Assembly (NCBI GenBank): GCA_013360195.1
Contig: JABWCQ010000004.1
Location: 43,836 to 107,835, forward strand
Direction of reading: 5' to 3'
Length of the DNA stretch: 64,000 bases
DNA from: a bacterium
Lineage (GTDB): Bacteria; Electryoneota; RPQS01
Made by a program: the position numbers and the translations under genes. Each line of letters starts with the position of its first letter. Position 1 is the first letter of the stretch. Of this stretch, positions 9,564 through 21,579 are shown in pieces. The notes under the pieces are model-generated. The model was not told the DNA's origin, did no database searches, and was given only the letters and a program-made list of their open reading frames with translations.

Positions 9564-11380
9564 GTGCCGCATCAGCAAAGTCCGCCGAAGAACGGGATGT
9601 CATGGGAAAAGCGTATGACTCGGTTCTTGCGCGGCGATTATGGGGATATGTCGGGAATCAGAAACTGAAACTCTTTCTTGCCGTAGGCCTCTTACTGCTC
9701 GGTGCGGCCGCTGAACTCGCAGGTCCGTGGCTCTCAAAAATAGCCATAGACAAGTACATTGCGAACGGAGACATGCCGGGGTTGATAAAGATTGTCGTGT
9801 TGTTTGTCGGTGTCGCCGCCGTATCCGCGGCGCTCAGATGGAGTCAGGTATACTTGACCGGCGAGGCCGGCCAGATTATCATGTACCGGCTTCGCCGGGA
9901 TGTGTTTGAGAAGCTGCAACGGTTGTCCGTACCCTACTTTGACAGAAATCCAGTCGGACGGCTCATGACTCGGGTTACTTCAGACGTTCAAGCGCTGTAT
10001 GAACTGTTCGGCTCAGGCATGGTCGCAATCTTTGGTGATGTGTTCACTCTTGTCGGCATCATGATCGTCATGTTTGCCATCAATTGGAAATTGGCGCTGT
10101 TGACGTTGACGGTTGTGCCGATACTCATTGTTGTGACATTCGCATTCAGGAAGAAAGTGCGCGATCTCTACCGGCAGACCCGGTCGCAGATATCCGGACT
10201 GAACGGATACTTGCAGGAAAATATCACGGGCATGCGCGTCGTGCAGCTGTTCGGAAGGGAAGAGCACAACTATCAGAGATTCCAGGAGCAGAATGGGGCA
10301 CTGAAGAATACCTATCTCGATACGATCTTCTTCTACGCGTTATTCTTCCCCGGTGTCGAGCTTATTTCAGCACTGGCGATTGCCGCAATCATTTGGGGCG
10401 GAGGAACGATGATGATTGCAGGAACCGTGACAGTCGGCACTCTCGTCGCATTTCTGCAGTATGTTGAGAGGTTTTATCGTCCGGTTCGCGACCTCGCGGA
10501 AAAATACAACATCTTGCAGGCGGCAATGGCAGCTGCTGAACGAGTGTTTCATGTGTTGGATGAGCCAATCCAAGTTTCTGATTCGCGCTCTCTGGATAAG
10601 CCGACAGCAGCATCAGATGCGCCGTTCATCGAGTTTCGCCACGTGTGGTTTGCCTACAAACCTGATGAATGGATATTACAGGACGTTAGTTTTGCCGTCA
10701 GACAGGGCGAGTCCATTGCTGTTGTCGGTGCGACGGGTGCGGGAAAGACTACAATCATCTCGCTCCTGCAACGGTTTTACGACGTGCAAAAGGGAGAAAT
10801 ACTAATCAAAGGGAGGGACATTCGAGAATATCCTCTTGCAGAACTCAGGTCGATGTTGGGTATTGTGCTGCAGGATGTGTTCATTTTCGCAGGAAATATA
10901 GCGGACAACATTCGTTATGGGAAGCCAGATGCCACAGAGGAAGATGTGAAAGCGGCCGCAAACCTTGTTTTTGCCAACAGGTTTATCGATAAACTGCCTG
11001 GCGGCCTTGCTGAACCCGTGGTTGAGCGCGGTGCCACGCTTTCCACAGGTCAGCGCCAATTGTTAGCTTTTGCGCGTGCTCTTCTAAGAAAACCCGAATT
11101 GCTCATTCTGGATGAGGCAACCGCATCTATAGACACGGAGACGGAACAGTTGATTCAGCAGGCCATTGAAAGGGTACTGGAGGGAAGAACCTCAATTATC
11201 ATTGCCCACAGGTTATCGACCATCCAGAGTTGCAATAGAATTCTGGTCATGCATCACGGCAAGCTGCGGGAAGAAGGAACACACGAGGAGCTATTGAGGT
11301 TGGGCGGAATCTACTACAGGTTGTACAGGCTGCAGTTCGGGCAGTCGGAGTCCGCCAAAGATGAGCAGCTTGTCCCTTGA
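9560..11380 (+). CDS. ABC exporter, fused permease/ATPase, subunit 2 (partner of the preceding gene)
   Basis: Walker A 'GATGAGKTT', signature 'LSTGQRQLLAFARAL', Walker B 'LLILDEATASID'; 4-nt overlap with the upstream gene. Confidence 0.85.
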   Translation: MSAASAKSAEERDVMGKAYDSVLARRLWGYVGNQKLKLFLAVGLLLLGAAAELAGPWLSKIAIDKYIANGDMPGLIKIVVLFVGVAAVSAALRWSQVYLTGEAGQIIMYRLRRDVFEKLQRLSVPYFDRNPVGRLMTRVTSDVQALYELFGSGMVAIFGDVFTLVGIMIVMFAINWKLALLTLTVVPILIVVTFAFRKKVRDLYRQTRSQISGLNGYLQENITGMRVVQLFGREEHNYQRFQEQNGALKNTYLDTIFFYALFFPGVELISALAIAAIIWGGGTMMIAGTVTVGTLVAFLQYVERFYRPVRDLAEKYNILQAAMAAAERVFHVLDEPIQVSDSRSLDKPTAASDAPFIEFRHVWFAYKPDEWILQDVSFAVRQGESIAVVGATGAGKTTIISLLQRFYDVQKGEILIKGRDIREYPLAELRSMLGIVLQDVFIFAGNIADNIRYGKPDATEEDVKAAANLVFANRFIDKLPGGLAEPVVERGATLSTGQRQLLAFARALLRKPELLILDEATASIDTETEQLIQQAIERVLEGRTSIIIAHRLSTIQSCNRILVMHHGKLREEGTHEELLRLGGIYYRLYRLQFGQSESAKDEQLVP

Positions 11381-11460
11381 CTTTTGGGGTATTTTGCGCT
11401 ACCTTAACGAGAATATAGTCGGCAATAGCAAAATATTGTTTTTATTGGAATAATCGTCCA

Positions 11461-11747
11461 TTGAGTGTTTCCCGCAACGACATAATTAACCTTGCGAAGC
11501 TTGCGAGGATGAGACTTACAGAGGATGAGATTGAGGCTCTGCAAAAGGACATGAACTCAATTCTTGTGTTTTTCGATCAGCTCAAGAAAGTGGATGTCTC
11601 AGACGTTGAGCCCATGGTCCATCCTGTCAAGGGCGACTTTCTGCTTGAGGACGATGTTCCGCATGAGTCCCTGCCTCGAGAGGTAGTGTTAAGGGATGCG
11701 CCGGACCGAACGGAAGAGTATTTCCGTCTCCCCAGAGTTTTAGGCGG

Positions 11748-11751
<4 letters not shown>
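11461..11751 (+). CDS. gatC: Asp-tRNA(Asn)/Glu-tRNA(Gln) amidotransferase subunit C
   Basis: 96 aa, 'IINLAKLARMRLTEDEIEALQKDMNSILVFFDQL' is typical GatC; apparent TTG start. Confidence 0.8.
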
Positions 11752-14170
<2,419 letters not shown>

Positions 14171-14172
14171 GA

Positions 14173-15192
14173 GTGCAGCGCACCCACAAGGCGACGCTCA
14201 TTCCCGGTGACGGTATCGGCCCGTCGATCTCTGAGGCCGCAGTGGCCATCATGGAGGCGACGGGCGTTGTCATTCAATGGGAAGTTTGTCACGCGGGATT
14301 GGCCGCGATTGCAGCGGGCAAGGACCCGCTTCCAAAGGAGACCGCTGATTCGATTGACCGGACTGGCGTGGTGCTGAAAGGGCCGATCACGACTCCGGTA
14401 GGCGGCGGCTATAAGAGCGTGAATGTCTCCATGAGACAAAAGTGGAACCTTTATGCCAATGTACGACCCTGTGTGTCATTTACAGGAATAAAAACGCCCT
14501 TTCCTGATACGGACATAGTTGTCATCCGGGAAAACACCGAAGGCTTATACACAGGCCAGGAGATGTATGTCGATCCGGACAAACGGGCCGCGATTGTAGT
14601 TGCTTGCAACACAAGATCTGCGATGGACAGGGTCTGCTCGTATAGTTTCAACTATGCGCGCAGAAACGGCCGCAAGAAAGTAACTTGCATTCATAAGGCA
14701 AACATCTTGAAGGTGTTTTCGGGAATCTTTCTTGAAAGCTTCAGGGAAATTGCCGCTGATTATCCCGACATCAATGCCGAGGAAAAGATTATTGACGCCG
14801 CGTGCATGGAGTTGGTGAAGAAACCACACACCTATGACGTTATCGTTACGACAAATCTCTTTGGCGACATCATCTCGGATTTGACAGCCGGACTTGTGGG
14901 TGGTCTTGGCGTCGCTCCGGGTGCGAACTATGGCGACAACGTGGCCATGTTTGAAGCCATTCACGGCAGCGCTCCGGATATTGCAGGCAAGGGAATTGCC
15001 AATCCCATCTCACTGGTTTTGGCAGGCGCAATGATGCTGAAGCATATGGGCGAAGATGAAGCTTCCGAAAAGGTCAATAGCGCCGTTCGCGCTGTGCTCA
15101 AGGAAGGCAAATATTTGACGCCGGACCTGATGCCAGGGTCTCCGCACGGAACAGCCGATATCACAAAGGCCATCATTGACCAGCTCAATTGA
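14173..15192 (+). CDS. Isocitrate/isopropylmalate dehydrogenase family protein (NAD-dependent type, 339 aa)
   Basis: '[11 protein letters not shown]', 'NLYANVRP', '[13 protein letters not shown]', '[14 protein letters not shown]'; which substrate (isocitrate, isopropylmalate, homoisocitrate, tartrate) cannot be resolved. Confidence 0.8.
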   Translation: MQRTHKATLIPGDGIGPSISEAAVAIMEATGVVIQWEVCHAGLAAIAAGKDPLPKETADSIDRTGVVLKGPITTPVGGGYKSVNVSMRQKWNLYANVRPCVSFTGIKTPFPDTDIVVIRENTEGLYTGQEMYVDPDKRAAIVVACNTRSAMDRVCSYSFNYARRNGRKKVTCIHKANILKVFSGIFLESFREIAADYPDINAEEKIIDAACMELVKKPHTYDVIVTTNLFGDIISDLTAGLVGGLGVAPGANYGDNVAMFEAIHGSAPDIAGKGIANPISLVLAGAMMLKHMGEDEASEKVNSAVRAVLKEGKYLTPDLMPGSPHGTADITKAIIDQLN

Positions 15193-16000
15193 TATCGGCG
15201 GCGAGTTCTATCCGCTCGCAATCATCGCAGGTCCCTGTGTCATAGAGTCTGAAGACTTGTGTATGTATGTCGCAGAAGAACTTGCTATCATCGCGACTCG
15301 TACGGGCGTGCTGCCTATTTTCAAAGCAAGTTTTGATAAAGCGAATCGAACATCGGTGGATAGTTTTCGCGGTCCGGGTCTAGAAGAAGGCCTTCGCATC
15401 CTTGAGAATGTCCGTAAGTCTTCAGGTTTGCCCGTCACAACGGACATTCACCTGCCAGATCAGGCGGCTTCTGCAGGCGAAGTCGTGGACATTCTTCAGA
15501 TTCCCGCATTCCTGTGCCGGCAGACGGATATTCTGGTTGCGGCGGGAAAAACAGGGAAGGCCGTAAATGTCAAAAAGGGGCAATTTGTTGCACCGGAGGA
15601 CATGAAGTTCGCGGCCGCAAAAATTGCGTCGACGGGAAACAACAAGATTCTGCTGACGGAGCGCGGATCAAGTTTCGGTTACCGCGATCTTGTCGTGGAC
15701 ATGCGATCCCTTGTACTGCTGGCCGATATCGGTTACCCCGTAGTGTTCGATGCCACACATAGCGTTCAGAAGATGGGTGGTCAGGGTGCTGGTGTGTCCG
15801 GTGGAAGTCCGCGATTTATAGGACACCTTGCTCGCGCGGCAGTTGCGACAGGCGCGGTTTCTGCGGTTTTCGTTGAAACTCACCCTAATCCTTCACAGGC
15901 ACTGTCGGACGGCGGCAACATGCTTGCATTGTCTGAATTAGAGAGATTTATTACTGACCTGGTACGAATCGTGGAATCGCTCAAGGCGGGGGAAGCGTGA
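15176..16000 (+). CDS. kdsA: 3-deoxy-8-phosphooctulonate synthase (KDO-8-P synthase)
   Basis: 'LAIIAGPCVIESEDL', 'LPIFKASFDKANRTS', 'VFDATHSVQ'; start overlaps the preceding gene. Confidence 0.9.
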   Translation: MTSSIDIGGEFYPLAIIAGPCVIESEDLCMYVAEELAIIATRTGVLPIFKASFDKANRTSVDSFRGPGLEEGLRILENVRKSSGLPVTTDIHLPDQAASAGEVVDILQIPAFLCRQTDILVAAGKTGKAVNVKKGQFVAPEDMKFAAAKIASTGNNKILLTERGSSFGYRDLVVDMRSLVLLADIGYPVVFDATHSVQKMGGQGAGVSGGSPRFIGHLARAAVATGAVSAVFVETHPNPSQALSDGGNMLALSELERFITDLVRIVESLKAGEA

Positions 16001-16380
16001 GCTCTCCCCAAGACAGAATCCGTCTGAAGGGTATTCAGATTTACGCCCACCACGGAGCTTTGGATGAAGAGCGCAGACTTGGACAGTTGTTTGAACTCGA
16101 TTGCGAAGTCGCCGGTGACTTCGGTCGCGGCGGATCAAGCGGCGATGACTTGTACTGGACGGTTGATTACACGCTCTTGTTTAAAGAACTCGAACGCGCC
16201 TTTCTCGCTGAAAACTACCGGCTGCTCGAAACGTGCGCTTCTGAGCTTGCAAATGCAGTCTTGGTGAAATTCGCTGCTGTGCAAGAGGTGACTATCCGGG
16301 TGCGCAAACCTCATGTGCCGATGGGTGGAGTATTGAACAGCGTCGAAGTTGAAGTCGTCCGCCATCGCAAGGATGATTGA
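15997..16380 (+). CDS. folB: Dihydroneopterin aldolase
   Basis: 'IRLKGIQIYAHHGALDEERRLGQLFELD' FolB signature; 127 aa. Confidence 0.85.
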   Translation: MSSPQDRIRLKGIQIYAHHGALDEERRLGQLFELDCEVAGDFGRGGSSGDDLYWTVDYTLLFKELERAFLAENYRLLETCASELANAVLVKFAAVQEVTIRVRKPHVPMGGVLNSVEVEVVRHRKDD

Positions 16381-16858
16381 GCACGCTTACATCGGTTTCG
16401 GCACCAATTTGGGCGATCGATGGGAGAACTACAATAAGGCTGTCGACCTTCTAACCCGCCAATTTGCACTCCTGAGAATCGCAAGGGTTGTTGAATCCAA
16501 GCCTGTTGATGGAGTTGCCGGTGGAAATTTCCTTAACACGGTCTTTGAGTGCAGGCGCATAGAAAACTGTTTCATGTTTCTGAGACAGCTTCAGGCAATC
16601 GAGCTTTCCGTCGGAGGAACCACGGACAAGCACGGCAATGCACGAACATGTGATTTGGACATTCTTCTGTGGGGTAATGAGATTATTGACACCCCTGATT
16701 TGCACGTTCCGCATCCGCGCATGCACTTGCGTGATTTCTATTTGATCCCGCTTTGTGAATTGATTCCGGATTCAGTTCATCCTGTTTCGGGAAAGACATT
16801 CAAGCAGCTGCTCGACGAGATTAGACTGATCAGTGTGATCGGTCCAGCCACACAATAA
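16349..16858 (+). CDS. folK: 2-amino-4-hydroxy-6-hydroxymethyldihydropteridine pyrophosphokinase (HPPK)
   Basis: 'AYIGFGTNLGDR', 'CDLDILLWG', 'HVPHPRMHLRDFYLIPL'; overlaps folB by 32 nt. Confidence 0.85.
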   Translation: MKSSAIARMIEHAYIGFGTNLGDRWENYNKAVDLLTRQFALLRIARVVESKPVDGVAGGNFLNTVFECRRIENCFMFLRQLQAIELSVGGTTDKHGNARTCDLDILLWGNEIIDTPDLHVPHPRMHLRDFYLIPLCELIPDSVHPVSGKTFKQLLDEIRLISVIGPATQ

Positions 16859-16862
16859 GTAT

Positions 16863-17504
16863 ATGCAGACTCGCCACCGGTACATTGCGATAGAAGGAGT
16901 CATCGGCGTCGGTAAGACGTCGCTGGCACGTATTCTCTCCGAGAACCTGAATGGCCGTCTCGTGCTTGAGAACCATGATGAGAATCCGTTTCTCGCACAG
17001 TTTTATAAGGACCAGCGCCACTATGCTTTCCAGACGCAACTTTTTTTCCTTTTGTCGCGATTCAAGCAGCAGCAGGAACTGCCTGAACCGGATTTCTTTC
17101 ATACGACGCTGATTTCTGATTATATTTTCCCGAAAGACCGGATATTTGCGTACATAAACCTCAGCGAAGCCGAACTGACGCTGTATGAAAAGGTAATGTC
17201 GCTTTTGGAAATGCGGGTGCGCAAGCCTGATATTGTAGTGTATCTGCAAAGCTCGACTGACAGGTTAATGAAGAATATACGCATGCGGAGTCGTCCTTAT
17301 GAACGGGACATGTCGGAAGAGTACATTCGCACGTTGAATGAAGGGTATAATCATTTCTTTTTTAATTACGATGAAACTCCGCTGCTGATCGTGAACACGA
17401 CTCAGCTTGATTTTGTAAGCAATTCAAATCATCTTGCGGCCATTACGGCTGAAATCGAACGTGAACAACACGGCACGCGCTACTTCAACCCGGTGGATAT
17501 TTAG
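16863..17504 (+). CDS. Deoxynucleoside kinase (dAK/dGK/dCK family)
   Basis: P-loop 'IAIEGVIGVGKTS', 'ENPFL..FY.D...YAFQTQLFFLLSRF'; 213 aa. Confidence 0.85.
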   Translation: MQTRHRYIAIEGVIGVGKTSLARILSENLNGRLVLENHDENPFLAQFYKDQRHYAFQTQLFFLLSRFKQQQELPEPDFFHTTLISDYIFPKDRIFAYINLSEAELTLYEKVMSLLEMRVRKPDIVVYLQSSTDRLMKNIRMRSRPYERDMSEEYIRTLNEGYNHFFFNYDETPLLIVNTTQLDFVSNSNHLAAITAEIEREQHGTRYFNPVDI

Positions 17505-17505
17505 A

Positions 17506-17682
17506 ATGCTGCGAATGCTGCTTGTCGTAGTCGCGGCAGTGCTCGCGGTGAAGATTCTTCTGAATCTGTTTCGTTCGCGTTCGCCCGAACAAAACGTCAA
17601 GGGAAATCCGCAGCAGCGTGCGTCAGGTCCAGCCCGTCGCAATGAGGATATTGAAGACGCGGATTTCAGGGAAATTAAATGA
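17506..17682 (+). CDS. Small (58 aa) single-pass membrane protein, unannotated
   Basis: ATG 2 nt after the dnk stop; 'MLRMLLVVVAAVLAVKILLNLF' TM helix then a charged tail; its stop overlaps the ridA start region. Confidence 0.3.
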   Translation: MLRMLLVVVAAVLAVKILLNLFRSRSPEQNVKGNPQQRASGPARRNEDIEDADFREIK

Positions 17683-17683
17683 T

Positions 17684-18076
17684 ATGAAACGTGAAGTTGT
17701 TACCACCAACGCGGCTCCTGCGGCGATCGGACCCTACAGTCAGGGAATAAAGGTTGCGGGATCGCTGCTGTTTACTGCGGGACAGATACCACTGGACCCG
17801 AAGACTATGGAGATAGTTGGGAATACCGCGGCCGAGCAATGCACACAAGTAGTAAAGAATCTAAGGGCAATTCTTGAGGCGGCCGGAACCGACTTTGACA
17901 ATGTTGTGAAGACGACAATCTTCTTGCGAACAATGTCCGATTTCGCCGCGGTCAATGAGGTTTATGGGTCAGTGTTCGCGAAAGCACCGCCTGCACGCAG
18001 CACTGTCGCTGTTGCTGGATTGCCAAAGGATGTTCTTGTGGAAATCGAATGTATCGCGCTGTTGCCCTCGTTCTGA
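17684..18076 (+). CDS. ridA: RidA/YjgF family reactive-intermediate deaminase
   Basis: 'AAPAAIGPYSQG', 'TTIFL.DMSDFAAVNEVY', 'PARSTVAVAGLP'; start set at internal ATG 17684 by alignment to the usual RidA N-terminus. Confidence 0.85.
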   Translation: MKREVVTTNAAPAAIGPYSQGIKVAGSLLFTAGQIPLDPKTMEIVGNTAAEQCTQVVKNLRAILEAAGTDFDNVVKTTIFLRTMSDFAAVNEVYGSVFAKAPPARSTVAVAGLPKDVLVEIECIALLPSF

Positions 18077-18492
18077 TTCTTTCAGCACTTTTGTGTGCAG
18101 GAAGAGCAATCGCAGACGAGTCCTCAAGGGTTAGACCCAAGAAAAGCACTACCGGTGCGGTCTTTCGTTCACTTGCGGTTCCAGGCTGGGGACAGGCTTA
18201 CAATGAGTCCTATGTGAAAGCGGCAGCTTTTTTCGTGACGGAAGCACTGTTTATTGTTGGAATTTCACGATACAATGATTGGATGATGGCCGCCAAAAAG
18301 GCTGACAATTTTGAAGAAGAGAAACTCTATCGCAGTTCCAGAAACAAGAATATCTGGTGGCTTGCCGGAATAAAACTTCTGTCCCTTGGTGACGCATACG
18401 TGGACGCACAGCTGTTTCAAATTGATGTTTCGCCGAACTTGACTCCTGAGGGTGTAGAAGGAGCTCAAATTGGCGCCACTATTCGCTTCTAA
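18049..18492 (+). CDS. Hypothetical secreted protein, possibly DUF5683-like
   Basis: Signal peptide 'VALVLILSALLCAGRA'; 'VPGWGQAYN' motif resembles the Bacteroidota DUF5683 family (from memory). Confidence 0.45.
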   Translation: MYRAVALVLILSALLCAGRAIADESSRVRPKKSTTGAVFRSLAVPGWGQAYNESYVKAAAFFVTEALFIVGISRYNDWMMAAKKADNFEEEKLYRSSRNKNIWWLAGIKLLSLGDAYVDAQLFQIDVSPNLTPEGVEGAQIGATIRF

Positions 18493-18504
18493 TACATACT
18501 GAAC

Positions 18505-19404
18505 ATGTCTTTGTTAGACCAATTGGTCGTTCGCACGATGCCGCTTGTTCCGCGCTGGATGGTACGTCGTGTGGCTTCCAAGTATATTGCCGGGGAGACT
18601 CTTGAAGACGCTATGCGTGTCGTTCAGGAACTAAACGCGAATGGCATGCACACTACAGTGGACGTTTTGGGAGAATTTGTCTCAGATCCGTCCGAAGCTC
18701 GCAGCGCAATTGATGCATATGTTCGCCTTGTTGACGCGATTGCCGACCGAAAATTGAAATCCGGTGTGTCGGTAAAACTTACTGCCGTCGGACTGTCAAT
18801 CAGTCCTCAGTTGGCACGCGAGAACATGCGTATCCTGATAGAAGCCGCCGGAAAGCGGGATGTCTTCGTTCGAATTGACATGGAAGATTCTCCATATACG
18901 ACCGAGACTTTGGCGATTTTTCAGGAATTTCGAGGCTACCCTCGATTGGGCATAGTTGTGCAGGCATACTTGAAGCGAACCGCCGATGACGTGAAGCGAC
19001 TTATGGATACCGGCAAAACAAACTTCCGGCTTTGCAAGGGAATCTATGTCGAACCTGAATCTATTGCCCTCAAGGAACGAAAGGCGATACAGGACAACTA
19101 TTTGAAATTGCTCGAATTGATGTTTGATGGCGGCTCTCAAGTTGGAATTGCGACCCACGACAACTACCTGATTGAGCATTCGGAACGGATGATAAGGACA
19201 CGTGGCATAGATCGTGCAAGCTACGAGTATCAAATGCTTCTCGGAGTTTTGCCGGAATTACGAAGCAAAGTGGTTTCGTCCGGGCATCGTATGCGGGTGT
19301 ACGTGCCATTCGGAGATGCTTGGTACGGGTATTCAACGAGAAGGCTGAAAGAAAACCCCGCGCTTGCCGGCTACGTATTCAAGAGTTTGTTCAAAGCGGG
19401 CTAA
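18505..19404 (+). CDS. Proline dehydrogenase (monofunctional PutA-type)
   Basis: 299 aa; 'VASKYIAGETLEDA', 'TTVDVLGEFV', 'KLTAVGLSIS' match the proline dehydrogenase family. Confidence 0.8.
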   Translation: MSLLDQLVVRTMPLVPRWMVRRVASKYIAGETLEDAMRVVQELNANGMHTTVDVLGEFVSDPSEARSAIDAYVRLVDAIADRKLKSGVSVKLTAVGLSISPQLARENMRILIEAAGKRDVFVRIDMEDSPYTTETLAIFQEFRGYPRLGIVVQAYLKRTADDVKRLMDTGKTNFRLCKGIYVEPESIALKERKAIQDNYLKLLELMFDGGSQVGIATHDNYLIEHSERMIRTRGIDRASYEYQMLLGVLPELRSKVVSSGHRMRVYVPFGDAWYGYSTRRLKENPALAGYVFKSLFKAG

Positions 19405-19474
19405 AAAGAAATCTATCTAAATCGAGGCAGAATTCGGGTCACCGCGAGTTTTCGTGAGGTGACCCTCTCTCTGA

Positions 19475-20308
19475 GTGGACATGAGTATTCGTGAAGACTG
19501 GCTAAACGCAATCACATGCGGGGACTGTTTCAAGCTCCTGCGCGAGTTGCCGGACGAGTGTGTAGACCTTGTCCTGACAGATCCGCCTTATGGCATAGAC
19601 TACCAGTCGAATCGTCGGACGGCTCGCGACAAACTCCCCAAGTTCGCAAATGACCAAAGTCTCGACTGGGTCAGCGATTGGGTGGATGAAATACATCGTG
19701 TGTTAAAAAACGACACTCACTTCTATTGTTTCACTCGTTATGACACCTATCCGCTATTCTTCAGCGAGATTTCCCGCAGATTCGAGGTCAAGAATTGTTT
19801 GATATGGGTGAAGAATAATCACGGCAGCGGGGATCTGAACGGATCTTACGCACCGCAGTATGAAATGATCATCTTCGCTCATAAAGGGAAACGGCATCTC
19901 AACGGCAAACGGGATCCTGATGTCATGGAATGCGATAATGTTCCCTCTGCGCACCGCTTCCACTCAACCCAGAAACCTGTTGAACTTCTGCGCGTCTTGA
20001 TCGAAAAAAGTAGTGATCCCGGCGATATTGTTCTTGACCCGTTTGCAGGCACCGGTAGTGCGGGATTGGCCTGCAAAGCTGCAAGTCATCATGACGGTGA
20101 CGGTCACGAACGTAATTTTGTCCTGTTTGAACTGAATCCCGAATTTGTCGCAAAAGCACGTGCGGGAGGACTCGGCAGGCAAATGCAGCTAATAGATGTA
20201 AAGCGGGACAAGAAGAAATTGCAGGATCCCAAACTGCGCGCCACAATTCGTCCGAAGCGCTACGTTGCAAGAAAAGATCAGACTCTGTGGCTTGCTTTTG
20301 ACAGTTAA
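19475..20308 (+). CDS. Orphan beta-class DNA methyltransferase (N6-adenine or N4-cytosine; HinfI/CcrM-like) with a basic C-terminal tail
   Basis: Motif IV 'LVLTDPPYG' before motif I 'VLDPFAGTGSAG', plus 'HSTQKPVELL'; no restriction endonuclease gene on either side. Confidence 0.8.
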   Translation: MDMSIREDWLNAITCGDCFKLLRELPDECVDLVLTDPPYGIDYQSNRRTARDKLPKFANDQSLDWVSDWVDEIHRVLKNDTHFYCFTRYDTYPLFFSEISRRFEVKNCLIWVKNNHGSGDLNGSYAPQYEMIIFAHKGKRHLNGKRDPDVMECDNVPSAHRFHSTQKPVELLRVLIEKSSDPGDIVLDPFAGTGSAGLACKAASHHDGDGHERNFVLFELNPEFVAKARAGGLGRQMQLIDVKRDKKKLQDPKLRATIRPKRYVARKDQTLWLAFDS

Positions 20309-20330
20309 CAGCATTAGTCACATGACTAAC

Positions 20331-20360
20331 AAAAGAGCCCGTCGATTGACGGGCTCTTTT
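20331..20360. terminator. Bidirectional rho-independent terminator between the convergent methyltransferase and kbl genes
   Basis: AAAAGAGCCCGTC-gatt-GACGGGCTCTTTT, perfect 13-bp stem with A/T runs on both sides. Confidence 0.75.
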
Positions 20361-20377
20361 GTCATTGGGGGAATGAC

Positions 20378-21565
20378 TTACTTAATGATGCCGAGTGACT
20401 TCCCGACCTTCTTGAAGGCATTGATGGCCGTGTCGAGATGATCGCCGTCATGCGCGGCGGAAATCTGTACCCGAATGCGAGCCTGATCCTTGGGTACGAC
20501 AGGGAAGAAGAATCCAATCACGTAAACCCCTTCCTCAAGCATAGCCGCCGCCATTTCCTGCGCTTTGTGCGCATCGTACAGCATGATCGGAACAATCGGA
20601 TGTACTCCCGGCTTGATATCAAATCCCGCGGCCGACATGGCCTCGCGGAAGTACTTCGTATTCGCATGCAGCTTATCTCGAAGCGCGGTCGTCTCCGTGA
20701 GCATGTCGATTGCCTTGGACGCGCCGGCGATAATAGGCGGCGGTACAGTATTGCTGAACAAGTATGGCCGCGACCGCTGGCGAAGCAAATCAACGATTTC
20801 CTGCCTCGCCGCTGTGAAGCCGCCTGACGCACCGCCAAGCGCTTTCCCCAGAGTGGAAGTGATGATATCAACTCTATCCATGACACCATGATGCTCGTGT
20901 GTGCCGCGTCCGTGTTTTCCCATGAACCCCGTCGCGTGCGAGTCATCCACCATCACCAGTGCGTTGTACTTTTCAGCAAGATCGCAGATCTGTGGGAGCG
21001 GCGCTATCGAACCGTCCATGGAAAAAACGCCGTCGGTTCCGATTAGACGAAATCGGCAATTCTGAGTCTCCTTCAACCTGTCCTCAAGGTCTTGCATGTC
21101 GCAATTCTTGTAAATGTACCTCTTGGCTTTAGAGAGTCGAATACCGTCAATAATTGAGGCATGATTAAGCGAATCCGTGATAATTGCGTCGTCTTCCTTC
21201 ATTAAAGTCTCGAACAGTCCGCCATTGGCGTCAAAGCAAGATGAGTACAAGATTGCATCGTCCATTCCGACGAACTTGGCAAGCTTGTTTTCGAGTTTCT
21301 TGTGAATGTCCTGTGTTCCGCAAATGAATCTCACGGACGAGAGACCATATCCACGCTGGTCAAGCGCTTCCTTAGCGACCGAAATCAAAGCAGGGTGGTC
21401 ACCAAGACCGAGGTAGTTGTTAGCACAGAAATTCAAGACGTCGCGGTTTCGCACCTTGATCTCTGCTCCCTGAGGAGAGTCGATAATTCGTTCTGATTTG
21501 TACAGGCCGGACTCGCGAATACCGACAAGCTCTCCGGCCAAAAATTCCTTAAAACCGTTATACAT
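20378..21565 (-). CDS. kbl: 2-amino-3-ketobutyrate CoA ligase (glycine C-acetyltransferase)
   Basis: PLP-dependent alpha-oxoamine synthase motifs '[14 protein letters not shown]', '[13 protein letters not shown]'; start trimmed to 'MYNGFKEF' (A of ATG at 21565) so that it does not overlap the upstream kimA-like ORF. Confidence 0.85.
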   Translation of the reverse strand: MYNGFKEFLAGELVGIRESGLYKSERIIDSPQGAEIKVRNRDVLNFCANNYLGLGDHPALISVAKEALDQRGYGLSSVRFICGTQDIHKKLENKLAKFVGMDDAILYSSCFDANGGLFETLMKEDDAIITDSLNHASIIDGIRLSKAKRYIYKNCDMQDLEDRLKETQNCRFRLIGTDGVFSMDGSIAPLPQICDLAEKYNALVMVDDSHATGFMGKHGRGTHEHHGVMDRVDIITSTLGKALGGASGGFTAARQEIVDLLRQRSRPYLFSNTVPPPIIAGASKAIDMLTETTALRDKLHANTKYFREAMSAAGFDIKPGVHPIVPIMLYDAHKAQEMAAAMLEEGVYVIGFFFPVVPKDQARIRVQISAAHDGDHLDTAINAFKKVGKSLGIIK

Positions 21566-21579
21566 GGTAATTCTGTATG

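Noticed and set aside
14173-15192. Assigning the dehydrogenase specifically as icd or leuB
   Set aside because: The family motifs are shared by IDH, IPMDH, HICDH and tartrate dehydrogenase, so substrate cannot be decided without phylogeny.
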